Assembly: GCA_045586685.1 (NCBI GenBank)
Contig: JAZNAU010000009.1
Span: 1-64,000, forward strand
From: Clostridia bacterium
GTDB taxonomy: Bacteria; Bacillota; Clostridia; HGM11514
Direction: 5' to 3'
DNA length: 64,000 nt
Under the pieces are notes generated by a model. The model was not told where the DNA came from and did not search any database. It was given only the letters and a program-made list of their open reading frames with translations. This document shows, piece after piece, positions 10,802-20,453 of the stretch. Numbering within the stretch: the first letter of the stretch is position 1; each line of letters begins with the position of its first letter. A program made the translations under genes and the position numbers.

Positions 10802-11499
10802 AAACAGTATGGATTACAGGCGGTACCGGGGGAATCGGCGCTGCCACAGCAAAATTGTTTAGTGAAAAAGGATATCGGGTTGCGGTATCCTTTTCTTCCA
10901 ATCAAAATCGTGCAAACTCTTTTCAAACAGAAAACCCTCATATCTTAGTATTACAAGGGGATGTGTCTGTTTCTGCTCAGGTGGAAGCAATCGTCAATCA
11001 AATTGGTGCTGTGGATATTTTAATTAACAATGCAGGGATTGCACAGCAAAAATTGTTTGATACCATCACAGAAGCGGAATGGGATAACATGTTTGACGTT
11101 CATGTAAAGGGTACTTATTTGTGCACAAAGGCAGTTCTCCCTCACATGATTCATCAAAAGGAAGGCTCCATTATCAATGTGTCTTCTATCTGGGGATTGA
11201 CGGGAGCCTCCTGTGAAGTACATTATTCTGCTGCAAAGGGAGCTTTAATTGCCATGACAAAGGCATTGGCAAAGGAGCTTGGTCCCTCCAACATTCGTGT
11301 AAACTGCGTAGCACCCGGAGTCATTGATACAGAAATGTGTAAACACCTGACACCGGGAGACAGAGATGCGTTATGCGACGAAACTCCTCTGGGTCGGTTG
11401 GGAACACCTCAAGATGTGGCACGGGCAATTTTTTATCTTGCTACAGCAGAATTTATGACAGGTCAGATTATCAGCCCCAACGGTGGGATTGTTATATAA
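10798..11499 (+). CDS. SDR oxidoreductase (FabG/YmfI-like)
   Basis: TGGTGGIG, NNAG, SSIWG..GASCEVHYSAAK; this pattern is typical of YmfI-like SDRs. Confidence 0.85.
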   Translation: MKTVWITGGTGGIGAATAKLFSEKGYRVAVSFSSNQNRANSFQTENPHILVLQGDVSVSAQVEAIVNQIGAVDILINNAGIAQQKLFDTITEAEWDNMFDVHVKGTYLCTKAVLPHMIHQKEGSIINVSSIWGLTGASCEVHYSAAKGALIAMTKALAKELGPSNIRVNCVAPGVIDTEMCKHLTPGDRDALCDETPLGRLGTPQDVARAIFYLATAEFMTGQIISPNGGIVI

Positions 11500-11512
11500 G
11501 GAGGTTATTTAA

Positions 11513-12007
11513 ATGAAAGAAATGAAATTGGAGCAATGGAACAAGAATGTATTTGAAACAATCGGAAAGCAATGGATGCTGATAACAGCTGGAGATGAAA
11601 CCACCAATACCATGACCGCGTCTTGGGGCGGACTGGGTGTGCTGTGGGGCAAAAATGTTGCTTATATTTTTATTCGTCCTCAACGATATACAAAAGAATT
11701 CATTGATTTATCTGACACCTTCAGTTTAAGCTTTTTGGGAGAAGAATACAGAGAAAAGCTTCAATATCTGGGGAAGGTATCCGGTCGGGACGAAAATAAA
11801 ATTATTAACTCGGGTCTGACCCTTATCCGAGACGGAGATACTCCCTACTTTGGAGAAGCAGAAAGCGTGCTGATATGCAAAAAGCTATATGCACAGGAAT
11901 TGATGCCGGAATGTTTTATCACCGACACAGAAGACGTAACCTGGTATCCCAATGGAGATTATCATACCATGTACGTTGCCGAAATTCAGAAGTTGTTAAC
12001 AAAATAA
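11513..12007 (+). CDS. Flavin reductase family protein
   Basis: WMLITAG..NTMTASWGG...RPQRYT...GKVSGRD...YHTMY. Confidence 0.85.
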   Translation: MKEMKLEQWNKNVFETIGKQWMLITAGDETTNTMTASWGGLGVLWGKNVAYIFIRPQRYTKEFIDLSDTFSLSFLGEEYREKLQYLGKVSGRDENKIINSGLTLIRDGDTPYFGEAESVLICKKLYAQELMPECFITDTEDVTWYPNGDYHTMYVAEIQKLLTK

Positions 12008-12035
12008 GCTTCTTTCACCAAGAAAGGAACTCATT

Positions 12036-12974
12036 ATGAAAGATTTTTCACTTGCATTATCCGCCATTATGCCCTTGTTTTTCCCTATGGCGGCAGGATA
12101 CCTGTTAAAACAAATTAAATTGATTGACGACCACACCGTTAAAGACATGAACAAAGCGGTATTTCGTTTTTTTCTACCCTTACTGCTTTGCTATAATGTG
12201 TATCATTCCGACTTGTCAAGTGTATTTGACAAAGAGCTGATTCTTTTTGGTGTAACAGGCGTTTTTCTCGCCTTTTTTATCTTTTTCCTGTTTGTCCGTT
12301 TGACAGAAAAAAAACCTAAAAAACAGGGTGTCATGATTCAGGGAATGTTTCGCAGTAACTTTGTTCTGTTCGGCTTGCCCTTAGCAACTCACCTTTGCGG
12401 TCCTGAGGAAATCGGTATCACTGCACTGATGATTGCAATCGTGGTTCCTATCTATAACGTCTTATCTGTGATTATTTTAGAAATTTGTCGAGGGGGTTCT
12501 CCTAACATAAAAAAGATTATCAGGGGTATTCTCACCAATCCCTTGATTTTGTCCTCTCTATTGGGATTGATTATTTTATTTATCGGAATCCCTATACCCG
12601 ATTTAATTGATGAAGCTGTCAGTTCCATGTCTTCGATTGCAACACCGCTGGCACTCTTTTTGTTGGGTGCATCCTTCCGTTTTTCGGGGGCAAAATCATC
12701 ATTACGGCAGTTGATTACTGTTGTTGCAGGCAAGCTGGTCATTTTACCCGGTATTTTTCTCACCATTGGCTTTTTCATGGGTTTTCGGGGAGTTGCAATG
12801 GCAACCCTTCTTTCTATGTTTGCCTCCCCTACTGCGGTTTCCTCCTTTGTGATGGCGCAGGAAATGGAGGGTGACGGAGAACTGGCAAGTCAGATTGTTG
12901 TCTGGACTTCCACTGTTGCACTACTAACCATTTTCTTCTTTTTAGTGATTCTAAAGCGGGTGGGCGCAATCTAA
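12036..12974 (+). CDS. AEC (auxin efflux carrier) family transporter
   Basis: Polytopic membrane protein; FRSNFVLFGLP, NPLILS, TPLALFLLG, SPTAVSSFVMA. Confidence 0.85.
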   Translation: MKDFSLALSAIMPLFFPMAAGYLLKQIKLIDDHTVKDMNKAVFRFFLPLLLCYNVYHSDLSSVFDKELILFGVTGVFLAFFIFFLFVRLTEKKPKKQGVMIQGMFRSNFVLFGLPLATHLCGPEEIGITALMIAIVVPIYNVLSVIILEICRGGSPNIKKIIRGILTNPLILSSLLGLIILFIGIPIPDLIDEAVSSMSSIATPLALFLLGASFRFSGAKSSLRQLITVVAGKLVILPGIFLTIGFFMGFRGVAMATLLSMFASPTAVSSFVMAQEMEGDGELASQIVVWTSTVALLTIFFFLVILKRVGAI

Positions 12975-13031
12975 GAAGAACAATCAGTACATATAAATTT
13001 TTGTGAAAGCAACAATATTTCTTTTGGGTTA

Positions 13032-13060
13032 TTGACCGAAAAGGAGATACGTGGTATAAT
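13032..13060 (+). promoter_or_regulatory. sigma-A promoter of purF-like gene
   Basis: TTGACC-17bp-TATAAT with extended -10 TG. Confidence 0.7.
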
Positions 13061-13091
13061 AATAATATGACATAATACAGGGAGGTTTACC

Positions 13092-14516
13092 ATGGGAGGC
13101 TTTTTTGGAGTAGTATCAAAACACGATGCCATTTCTGATGTGTTTTTTGGTACGGACTATCATTCTCATTTAGGAACACGCCGTGGAGGTATGGCGGCAT
13201 ATGACAAAACAATCGGTCTGCAAAGAGAAATTCATAACATTCAGAATTCTCCTTTCCGAACCAAATTTGAGCATGTTTTTGAAGAAATGCAGGGCAATTC
13301 TGCCATTGGTTGTATCAGTGATTTTGATCCACAGCCTTTGATGATTCGCTCCAATTTAGGAACGTATGCCATTTGTATCATTGGCTTAATCAACAATGCA
13401 GAGGAATTGATTCAGGAATACTTATCCTCCTCTCACGGTCATTTTGATGCCATGACGGGCGGAAAAATCAATTCAACCGCTATCATTGCCTCTCTCATAA
13501 ATCAAAAAGATAATTATGCTGACGGAATCCGTTATGCACAAGAACGCATCAAGGGCTCTGCCTCCATTTTAATATTAAAGGATAACGGCTCTATTATTGC
13601 TGCCCGTGACCGTTTAGGCCGTCTGCCTGTTCTTATTGGAAAAAACGAGGACGGTTATTGCGTTACCTTTGAATCCTTTGCAGCGCAAAAGCTGGAATTT
13701 GAAACAGAGCGGGAATTAGGTCCCGGAGAAATTGTCGAGTTGACTGCAAACTCTGTCACACAACTTGCAAAACCGGGAAAGGATATGAAAATTTGTGCCT
13801 TTTTGTGGGCTTATTACGGCTACCCCACCTCCACCTACGAAGGTGTGAATGTGGAGGTCATGAGAAACCGAAACGGTCAGATTATGGCAATGAACGATAA
13901 GAAAGCAAAAAATGCAGAAGGGGTTGATTTTGTAAGCGGTGTGCCCGACTCGGGAACTCCCCATGCAATCGGTTATGCCAACAAAAGCGGAATCCCCTTT
14001 GCCCGTCCGTTTATTAAGTACACTCCTACATGGTCAAGAAGCTTTACTCCTGCTAAACAAAAGGACAGAAACAAAATTGCAAAAATGAAACAGGTACCCA
14101 TTCATGATCTGATTATGAACAGAAACCTTCTTTTTGTAGATGACTCCATTGTAAGAGGAACACAATTAAAGGAAACGGTTGATTTTCTGTATGATAACGG
14201 CGCAAAGGCTGTACATATGCGTTCTGCCTGCCCGCCGATTATGTATGGTTGTAAATATCTGAATTTTTCCAGTTCAAAAAGCGAAATGGAGTTAATTACC
14301 CGAAAAACGATTATGGAGTTGGAGGGTGAAGAAGGATTCCAATATTTAGACGAATACAGTGATTCTTCCACCGAACGGGGAAAGAAACTAAGGCAAGCAA
14401 TATGTGAAAAGATGAATTTTCATTCTTTGGAGTTTCAAACTCTTGAGGGTTTAATTGAAGCAATCGGACTTGACCGTTGCAAGCTATGTACCTACTGTTG
14501 GGATGGCAAGGAATAA
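13092..14516 (+). CDS. purF: Amidophosphoribosyltransferase homologue (no N-terminal Cys)
   Basis: GVPDSG, FVDDSIVRGTQ PRPP-binding motif, SACPP, C-terminal LCTYCWDG; begins MGGFFG. Confidence 0.85.
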   Translation: MGGFFGVVSKHDAISDVFFGTDYHSHLGTRRGGMAAYDKTIGLQREIHNIQNSPFRTKFEHVFEEMQGNSAIGCISDFDPQPLMIRSNLGTYAICIIGLINNAEELIQEYLSSSHGHFDAMTGGKINSTAIIASLINQKDNYADGIRYAQERIKGSASILILKDNGSIIAARDRLGRLPVLIGKNEDGYCVTFESFAAQKLEFETERELGPGEIVELTANSVTQLAKPGKDMKICAFLWAYYGYPTSTYEGVNVEVMRNRNGQIMAMNDKKAKNAEGVDFVSGVPDSGTPHAIGYANKSGIPFARPFIKYTPTWSRSFTPAKQKDRNKIAKMKQVPIHDLIMNRNLLFVDDSIVRGTQLKETVDFLYDNGAKAVHMRSACPPIMYGCKYLNFSSSKSEMELITRKTIMELEGEEGFQYLDEYSDSSTERGKKLRQAICEKMNFHSLEFQTLEGLIEAIGLDRCKLCTYCWDGKE

Positions 14517-14524
14517 GAAATGTT

Positions 14525-14561
14525 AAAGGGCTGTAGCAATCACTTTGCTACAGCCCTTTTT
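14525..14561. terminator. Bidirectional intrinsic terminator
   Basis: AAAGGGCTGTAGCA...TGCTACAGCCCTTT between convergent genes. Confidence 0.85.
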
Positions 14562-14567
14562 ATGTTT

Positions 14568-14696
14568 TTATTGTTCCTTTGAAGGGATTTTATTGAGTGC
14601 CATGGTAATCAAAATGATAATACCAATAACAACCAAAATGCTTAACATTCCCTTACCCATATAGGGTAAGCTTGTAATAAAATTCATCGGTTCCAT
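14568..14696 (-). CDS. 42-aa OadG-like single-TM subunit (not in ORF track)
   Basis: AGGAGG RBS; MEPMNFITSLPYMGKGMLSILVVIGIIILITMALNKIPSKEQ; directly downstream of oadB. Confidence 0.75.
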   Translation of the reverse strand: MEPMNFITSLPYMGKGMLSILVVIGIIILITMALNKIPSKEQ

Positions 14697-14708
14697 TCTA
14701 TTTTCCTC

Positions 14709-15812
14709 CTATTTATTCAAAAAGAAATTCAAAATCAGTCCGCCGGCGATAACGGATGCAATCTGACCGGACACGTTAACACCGATTGAATGCATCAAAA
14801 GGAAGTTCTGGGGATCTTCCTTCAACCCCATTTTATGCACCACACGACCGGACATGGGGAATGCAGAAATTCCGGCTGCACCAATCATAGGATTGATTTT
14901 CTTTTTCATAAACAGATTCAATAGCTTTGCAAACAGCACCCCGCCTGCCGTATCAAAGATAAACGCAATCAAGCCTAAGCCTAAGATAAGCAGGGTTTCG
15001 GGCTTTAAGAAAGATTCTGCCTGCATCTGAGAAGCAATGGTAATTCCTAAGAAAATAGTAATTAAGTTTGCCAGTACCTTTTGAGCCGTCTCGGACAAAG
15101 AGTTCAACACACCGCATTCACGAATCAGGTTACCAAACATAAGGAAGCCAATCAAAGAAACAGATGCGGGAGCCACCAGACCTGCCACAATAGTAATTAC
15201 AATGGGGAACAGAATTTTTGTCAGCTTGGAAACATTTTTAGCAGTATATTCCATGCGAATCATCCGTTCTTTTTTAGTGGTCAAAAGCTTAATTACAGGA
15301 GGCTGGATAATAGGTACTAATGCCATGTAAGAATAAGCTGCAACCATAATCGCACCTAAGTAATTAGATTCTAACTGCTGTGCTACAACAATCGAGGTAG
15401 GACCGTCTGCCGCACCGATTACAGCGATAGATGCTGCATCATTGATATCAAAAAACATGGATGCCATACAAAGGGTAAAGAAAATACCAAACTGAGCTGC
15501 CGCACCGAAAATCATAAGTTTTGGATTGGACAGCAAGGGTCCAAAATCAATCATTGCACCGATTCCAATGAACAAAATCAAGGGAAACAGTTCATTTGCA
15601 ATCCCTGCGTTATAGAGAGTAGTCAATGCACCTTCTTCACCAATCGCTCCTGAAAAAGGAAGATTGACCAAAATCGCACCAAACCCCATAGGCAATAAAA
15701 GCGTAGGCTCCATATCCTTTTTAATTGCCAGATAAATGAGCAATCCGCCAATGATCCACATAACAATCATCTGCCAATTAAGTTCTGCTAAATTTTCCAA
15801 CACAAACTCCAT
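14709..15812 (-). CDS. oadB: Na+-translocating decarboxylase beta subunit
   Basis: EPTLLLPMGFG, FIGIGAMIDFGPL, GAAAQFGIF, IGAADGPT, AAYSYMALVP, NPMIGAAGISAFP. Confidence 0.92.
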   Translation of the reverse strand: MEFVLENLAELNWQMIVMWIIGGLLIYLAIKKDMEPTLLLPMGFGAILVNLPFSGAIGEEGALTTLYNAGIANELFPLILFIGIGAMIDFGPLLSNPKLMIFGAAAQFGIFFTLCMASMFFDINDAASIAVIGAADGPTSIVVAQQLESNYLGAIMVAAYSYMALVPIIQPPVIKLLTTKKERMIRMEYTAKNVSKLTKILFPIVITIVAGLVAPASVSLIGFLMFGNLIRECGVLNSLSETAQKVLANLITIFLGITIASQMQAESFLKPETLLILGLGLIAFIFDTAGGVLFAKLLNLFMKKKINPMIGAAGISAFPMSGRVVHKMGLKEDPQNFLLMHSIGVNVSGQIASVIAGGLILNFFLNK

Positions 15813-15917
15813 TTCATACAATCCTTTCCTTTTTTGATTGCCAACATTATACCATACAATTCCGCCTTTGTCAAACACTATAAAACAAAAATAGTCAAAT
15901 AATTCTTTTAAAATTGC

Positions 15918-15946
15918 TTGACAACTTAGGAAAAGTATGGTATTAT
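15918..15946 (+). promoter_or_regulatory. sigma-A promoter of tetR-fab operon
   Basis: TTGACA-17bp-TATTAT with extended -10 TG. Confidence 0.75.
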
Positions 15947-15949
15947 TAT

Positions 15950-15974
15950 TTTTGAGCACATCACGTGCTCAAAA
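15950..15974. promoter_or_regulatory. Palindromic operator copy 1 (probable TetR site)
   Basis: TTTTGAGCAC-atcac-GTGCTCAAAA, perfect 10-bp arms over the predicted +1. Confidence 0.8.
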
Positions 15975-15995
15975 ATGAAAAGGAGTGAGACTACG

Positions 15996-16577
15996 GTGGC
16001 ATATTCCAGAGGAATTCAGATTGAAGATAAAACGACAAAACAAATTGTCAGAACTGCCGCAGTCATTGCCCAACGGGAAGGCTTGGAAAAGCTTTCGGTC
16101 AAACGCATTTTATCCGAAATGAAGGTAAGCAACCGGGTGTTTTACAATCGGTTTTGCAATATTGAAGATTTGATTGAAGTCATGTATCATGAATTTGTGG
16201 GCACTCTTCGGGAACCCATCAACCCTGACCGACTGGCGGATACGGAGCATTATTACGAGATTCTGTTAGAGCTGGCGGTAGGTGTTGTACGGAAAATGTA
16301 TCGGAATGACATTCACTTTCGCCTGCGTCTCCTGTCTTACGAAACATCCAAGGAAAGCAATCGCAGTTGGTGGCTTGGTCAGATTCAGGAAATTTTAAAA
16401 GACGGTGTGGAAAGAGGATTATTAAAACCCATGAATGAACAGGCGGTAAGCTACGGCATCTGGTGTTTTTGTTTGGGATTTCATAAAGATGCTTTGGGAC
16501 AAAATATCAGTGAAGAAGAAGCGATCTCTGCTTTCAAAGAATCCTTTTCTTATTTTATAGAAGGAATGAAGCCTTAA
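15996..16577 (+). CDS. TetR/AcrR family regulator
   Basis: EGLEKLSVKRILSEMKVSNRVFYNRFCNIEDL HTH; GTG start after AGGAG (ORF track starts at 15975). Confidence 0.85.
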   Translation: MAYSRGIQIEDKTTKQIVRTAAVIAQREGLEKLSVKRILSEMKVSNRVFYNRFCNIEDLIEVMYHEFVGTLREPINPDRLADTEHYYEILLELAVGVVRKMYRNDIHFRLRLLSYETSKESNRSWWLGQIQEILKDGVERGLLKPMNEQAVSYGIWCFCLGFHKDALGQNISEEEAISAFKESFSYFIEGMKP

Positions 16578-16590
16578 ATTTTTTTACCCA

Positions 16591-16614
16591 TTCGAGCACA
16601 TTGTGTGCTCAAAA
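16591..16614. promoter_or_regulatory. Palindromic operator copy 2, upstream of fabH
   Basis: TTCGAGCAC-attgt-GTGCTCAAAA, same arms and 5-bp spacer as copy 1. Confidence 0.8.
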
Positions 16615-16644
16615 TATAAATATCGACAGAAAGGTGTGTGAGAC

Positions 16645-17598
16645 ATGAGTTTTCGTATCATTGGGACCGGAAGTTATGTGCCGGAAAATGTAGTGACCAA
16701 TGATGATTTAGCCAAATTTCTGGACACTTCGGACGAATGGATTATGCAGCGTGTGGGTGTTCGTCAACGCCACATTTCCACGGGCGAAACAGCTGCAGAT
16801 ATGGCATGCATTGCAGCAGAACGTGCCTTGGAAAACTGCGGATTGACAGGAGAGGACATTGACCTTGTCATCTGCGCCTCCTGTAGCAGCGATTCTGCAA
16901 GTCCTGCAGTAGCAGCTTTTGTTCAGGCTCACGTTGGTGCCCACGGCCCGGCATTTGACATAAACTCTGCCTGTAGTGGATTTTTGTTTACACTGGAAAC
17001 TGCAGCCGGATTTTTTCAGAGAGGTACAGCGAAACGGGCATTGGTATTGGGAGCGGAGCGAATCAGCCGTCTTCTTGACTGGTCCGACCGAAGCACCGCC
17101 GTAATTTTTGGTGATGGTGCAGGTGCTGCTGTATTGGAAGTAGGCGACGGGTATCTTGCATCAAAGCTTCGTACAACAGGGGGCAATGATGTGATAGACA
17201 TTCCCGCTCATCATGGTGAATCTCCCTTCTTTAAGAGAGAGCTCCCCCCGCCCTTTATTATGATGAAGGGACAGGAAACCTTTAAATTTGCAGTCAGTGC
17301 TATGACGAGGGATGTGTTGGATGTGTTAAAAACCGCCAAGATTGAACCCGACCAAGTTCGCTGGTTTATTCCCCATCAGGCAAATATGCGAATCATTCAG
17401 TTTGCATCAAAGAAGCTGAAGGTCCCTATGGAACGTTTTGCGGTCAACATTGAACAGTACGGCAATACCTCATCTGCAAGCGTACCCATTGCTTTAGATG
17501 AGTGCAACCGCTCCGGTCAGTTAAACCGAGGCGACATTATCACCATGGCAGCATTTGGCGGAGGACTTTCCAGCGCCGCATGCGTAATCAAATGGTAA
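16645..17598 (+). CDS. fabH: Beta-ketoacyl-ACP synthase III
   Basis: DTSDEWI, INSACSGF, FGDGAGA, PHQAN, YGNTSSAS. Confidence 0.96.
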   Translation: MSFRIIGTGSYVPENVVTNDDLAKFLDTSDEWIMQRVGVRQRHISTGETAADMACIAAERALENCGLTGEDIDLVICASCSSDSASPAVAAFVQAHVGAHGPAFDINSACSGFLFTLETAAGFFQRGTAKRALVLGAERISRLLDWSDRSTAVIFGDGAGAAVLEVGDGYLASKLRTTGGNDVIDIPAHHGESPFFKRELPPPFIMMKGQETFKFAVSAMTRDVLDVLKTAKIEPDQVRWFIPHQANMRIIQFASKKLKVPMERFAVNIEQYGNTSSASVPIALDECNRSGQLNRGDIITMAAFGGGLSSAACVIKW

Positions 17599-17632
17599 AT
17601 TAAAATTTATTTATTTTTAGGAGGAATTTATT

Positions 17633-17854
17633 ATGACACTGGAAAAAGTAATCAATTTATTGGCAGAAAGTCTTGACATGGACGCAAGCGAAATCACCGC
17701 AGAAACCACTTTTGAGGATTTGGATGTAGATTCTCTGGATACCGTGGAAATTCTGATGGAAATGGAAGATGAGTTCGGCATCGAAATCAAATTTGAAGAA
17801 GCAGGAAAATCTGTAGGCGAACTGGTAAGCTATATCGACGCTCATAAGGAGTAA
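17633..17854 (+). CDS. acpP: Acyl carrier protein
   Basis: Acidic 73 aa; DLDVDSLDTVE phosphopantetheine motif. Confidence 0.95.
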   Translation: MTLEKVINLLAESLDMDASEITAETTFEDLDVDSLDTVEILMEMEDEFGIEIKFEEAGKSVGELVSYIDAHKE

Positions 17855-17857
17855 ACC

Positions 17858-18802
17858 ATGATTAAAACACCGATTTGTGAATTAGTTCACATTGCCTATC
17901 CTATTTTACAGGGCGGTATGGCTCATATTGCAGACGGCAAGCTGGCAGCTGCCGTATCGGAGGCGGGTGGACTTGGTATTATTTCGGCTATGAGCTGGGA
18001 TGAAAAGTACTTAAAAGAACAGATTGACATTGCCCGTTCTCTGACCGACAAGCCTTTTGGAGTCAATGTGATGCTCATGAGCCCTTATACTCCTCAGGTC
18101 GCACAGCTTCTTGCAGACGAAAAAGTCCCTGTGGTAACCACGGGAGCAGGAAATCCTTCTAAATACATGAGCATGTGGAAGGAAGCCGGAATTACCGTCA
18201 TTCCTGTTGTAGCATCCGTATCCATGGCAAAGCTGATGGAACGGGGCGGTGCAGATGCAGTGATAGCCGAGGGAGGAGAATCAGGCGGTCATGTGGGAGA
18301 TTTAACCACTATGGCACTGGTTCCACAAGTTTGTGATGCTGTGTCCATTCCTGTTATCGCAGCAGGCGGTATTGGGGATGGCAGAGGGGTGGCAGCCTCC
18401 TTTATGCTGGGCGCTCAAGGTGTTCAGTTAGGAACAAGATTTCTGGTTGCCAAGGAATGCAATGTACATCCAAATTATAAGGCAAAAGTATTAAAAGCCT
18501 CCGACCTTTCCACCATTGTCACAGGAAAACGGTTAGGTCATCCGGTTCGGAGCATTAAGACCCCCTTCTCCAGAAATTATGCAAAAGCGGAATATTCGGC
18601 TATGCCTGATGAAGAACTGGAACAGTTGGCCGTGGGTGCACTTCGCCTTGCGGCAAAGGAAGGGGACGACAAAAAGGGATGTTTCCTTGCAGGACAGATT
18701 GCCGGGATGATAAACAAAGAGCAATCCTGTAAGGAAATGATCACAGAAATTTTTGAAGAAACTGAAACAATTTTAAATGGAGCGAAACAATGGGTAAAAT
18801 AG
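17858..18802 (+). CDS. fabK: Enoyl-ACP reductase II
   Basis: PILQGGM, EGGESGGHVG, IAAGGIGDGRG, QLGTRF. Confidence 0.95.
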   Translation: MIKTPICELVHIAYPILQGGMAHIADGKLAAAVSEAGGLGIISAMSWDEKYLKEQIDIARSLTDKPFGVNVMLMSPYTPQVAQLLADEKVPVVTTGAGNPSKYMSMWKEAGITVIPVVASVSMAKLMERGGADAVIAEGGESGGHVGDLTTMALVPQVCDAVSIPVIAAGGIGDGRGVAASFMLGAQGVQLGTRFLVAKECNVHPNYKAKVLKASDLSTIVTGKRLGHPVRSIKTPFSRNYAKAEYSAMPDEELEQLAVGALRLAAKEGDDKKGCFLAGQIAGMINKEQSCKEMITEIFEETETILNGAKQWVK

Positions 18803-19710
18803 CATTTGTATTTTCAGGACAGGGCGCTCAATACAGCGGCATGGGCGAATCCCTTTATTCTGTAAGTCCCGCCGCAAAGGAATTATTTGACATGGCAGAG
18901 TTGAGCCGTCCCGGAACAAAGGAACAATGTTTTTCCGGCTCGGAAGAAGAACTCAAACAAACCAAAAATACACAACCTTGTATTTACTTAACTCAGCTTT
19001 CCGCAGCACTTGCCTTAGGAGAGCATGGAATAAAGGCTGATGTATGTGCAGGCTTTTCCTTAGGAGAAATTGCGGCACTTTCTTATGGGGGTGCCTACAC
19101 AAAGGAAACAGGATTTCAGATTGTAACCTTACGGGGAGAAACCATGCAGAGGGCGGCTGAGGCACACGACACCGCTATGGCGGCAGTCATGAAAATTGAC
19201 TCTGAAACGGTAAAAAAAGCATGTGAGGAGTTTCCTCATGTGTACCCCGTAAACTTTAACTCTCCCGTACAAACCGTGATTTCCGGTTCAAAGGAAGAAC
19301 TGGCTCTTTGCAAAGAAAAGTTAGCAGAGCTACCTTGCAGAGTCGTGGATTTACCCGTCAGTGCCGCGTTCCATTCACCCTATATGAATGAGGCATCGGA
19401 AGAATTTGGCATGAAGTTACAGAAATTTACCATTCAAAAACCAAAAATTTCCGTATATGCCAACATGACAGGACTCCCCTACACAGATGATGTGACCAAA
19501 ACAATGACGGAACAAATCAAAAATCCGGTGCAATGGGTCACCACCATTCAGAATATGATTGAAGACGGAGTTACTGACTTTATCGAAGTAGGTCCGGGGA
19601 AAACCTTGTGCGGATTGATTAAAAAGATTGACGGAAACGTGAACATTTATCATGCAGAAGACGAAAGCTCCCTTCTGGAAACCGTAAAGGCGGTGAAGGA
19701 AAATGCTTAA
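18790..19710 (+). CDS. fabD: Malonyl-CoA:ACP transacylase
   Basis: FSGQGAQ, GFSLGE, SAAFHS, EVGPGKTL. Confidence 0.95.
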   Translation: MGKIAFVFSGQGAQYSGMGESLYSVSPAAKELFDMAELSRPGTKEQCFSGSEEELKQTKNTQPCIYLTQLSAALALGEHGIKADVCAGFSLGEIAALSYGGAYTKETGFQIVTLRGETMQRAAEAHDTAMAAVMKIDSETVKKACEEFPHVYPVNFNSPVQTVISGSKEELALCKEKLAELPCRVVDLPVSAAFHSPYMNEASEEFGMKLQKFTIQKPKISVYANMTGLPYTDDVTKTMTEQIKNPVQWVTTIQNMIEDGVTDFIEVGPGKTLCGLIKKIDGNVNIYHAEDESSLLETVKAVKENA

Positions 19711-20437
19711 AGGAAAAACCGCCATCATCACAGGGGCATCCCGGGGAATCGGTGCAGCAATCGCGTTGAAATTTGCTCATGAAGGGGCAAATGTAGCCAT
19801 TCTTTACTGCGGCTCGGAAGAGCGGGCAAAAACAGTAGAAAAAGAAGTCTCCCAACAAGGAGTTATGGCAAAATGCTACCGTTGTGATGTATCCTTGGAA
19901 AAGGACTGCGAAACTACCATAGAGCAGATTCTTTCGGACTTTGGTTCTGTTGATATTTTAGTAAACAATGCAGGCATTAACCGTGATATGCTCATGCTCC
20001 GTATGAAGGAGAATGACTTTACTGATGTGATTGACACCAACTTAAAAGGTGCTTATCACATGATTCGGTATTGCTACCGACCCTTTATGAAACAAAAGCA
20101 CGGTAAAATCATCAATGTCACCTCTGTGGCGGGAATCATGGGAAATGCAGGTCAGACCAACTATTCCGCATCAAAGGCGGGGCTGATTGGCTTAACCAAA
20201 TCGGTTGCAAAGGAGCTGGCAGGAAAAAACGTTTGCTGTAATGCCATTGCACCCGGCTTTGTGGAAACAGACATGACCACAGAATTTGTTGACCGTCCTG
20301 AAATTATGGATTCCATTCCGGCAAAAAGAATGGGCAAACCGGAAGAAGTGGCGGCATTGGCAGCATTTTTGGCTGACGATTGCTCTGATTATATTACCGG
20401 TGAGGTCATCCGCATTGACGGCGGATTGGCAATGTAG
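19703..20437 (+). CDS. fabG: 3-oxoacyl-ACP reductase
   Basis: TGASRGIG, NNAGI, GNAGQTNYSASKAG. Confidence 0.96.
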   Translation: MLKGKTAIITGASRGIGAAIALKFAHEGANVAILYCGSEERAKTVEKEVSQQGVMAKCYRCDVSLEKDCETTIEQILSDFGSVDILVNNAGINRDMLMLRMKENDFTDVIDTNLKGAYHMIRYCYRPFMKQKHGKIINVTSVAGIMGNAGQTNYSASKAGLIGLTKSVAKELAGKNVCCNAIAPGFVETDMTTEFVDRPEIMDSIPAKRMGKPEEVAALAAFLADDCSDYITGEVIRIDGGLAM

Positions 20438-20453
20438 AAAGGAGAGAAAAAGC

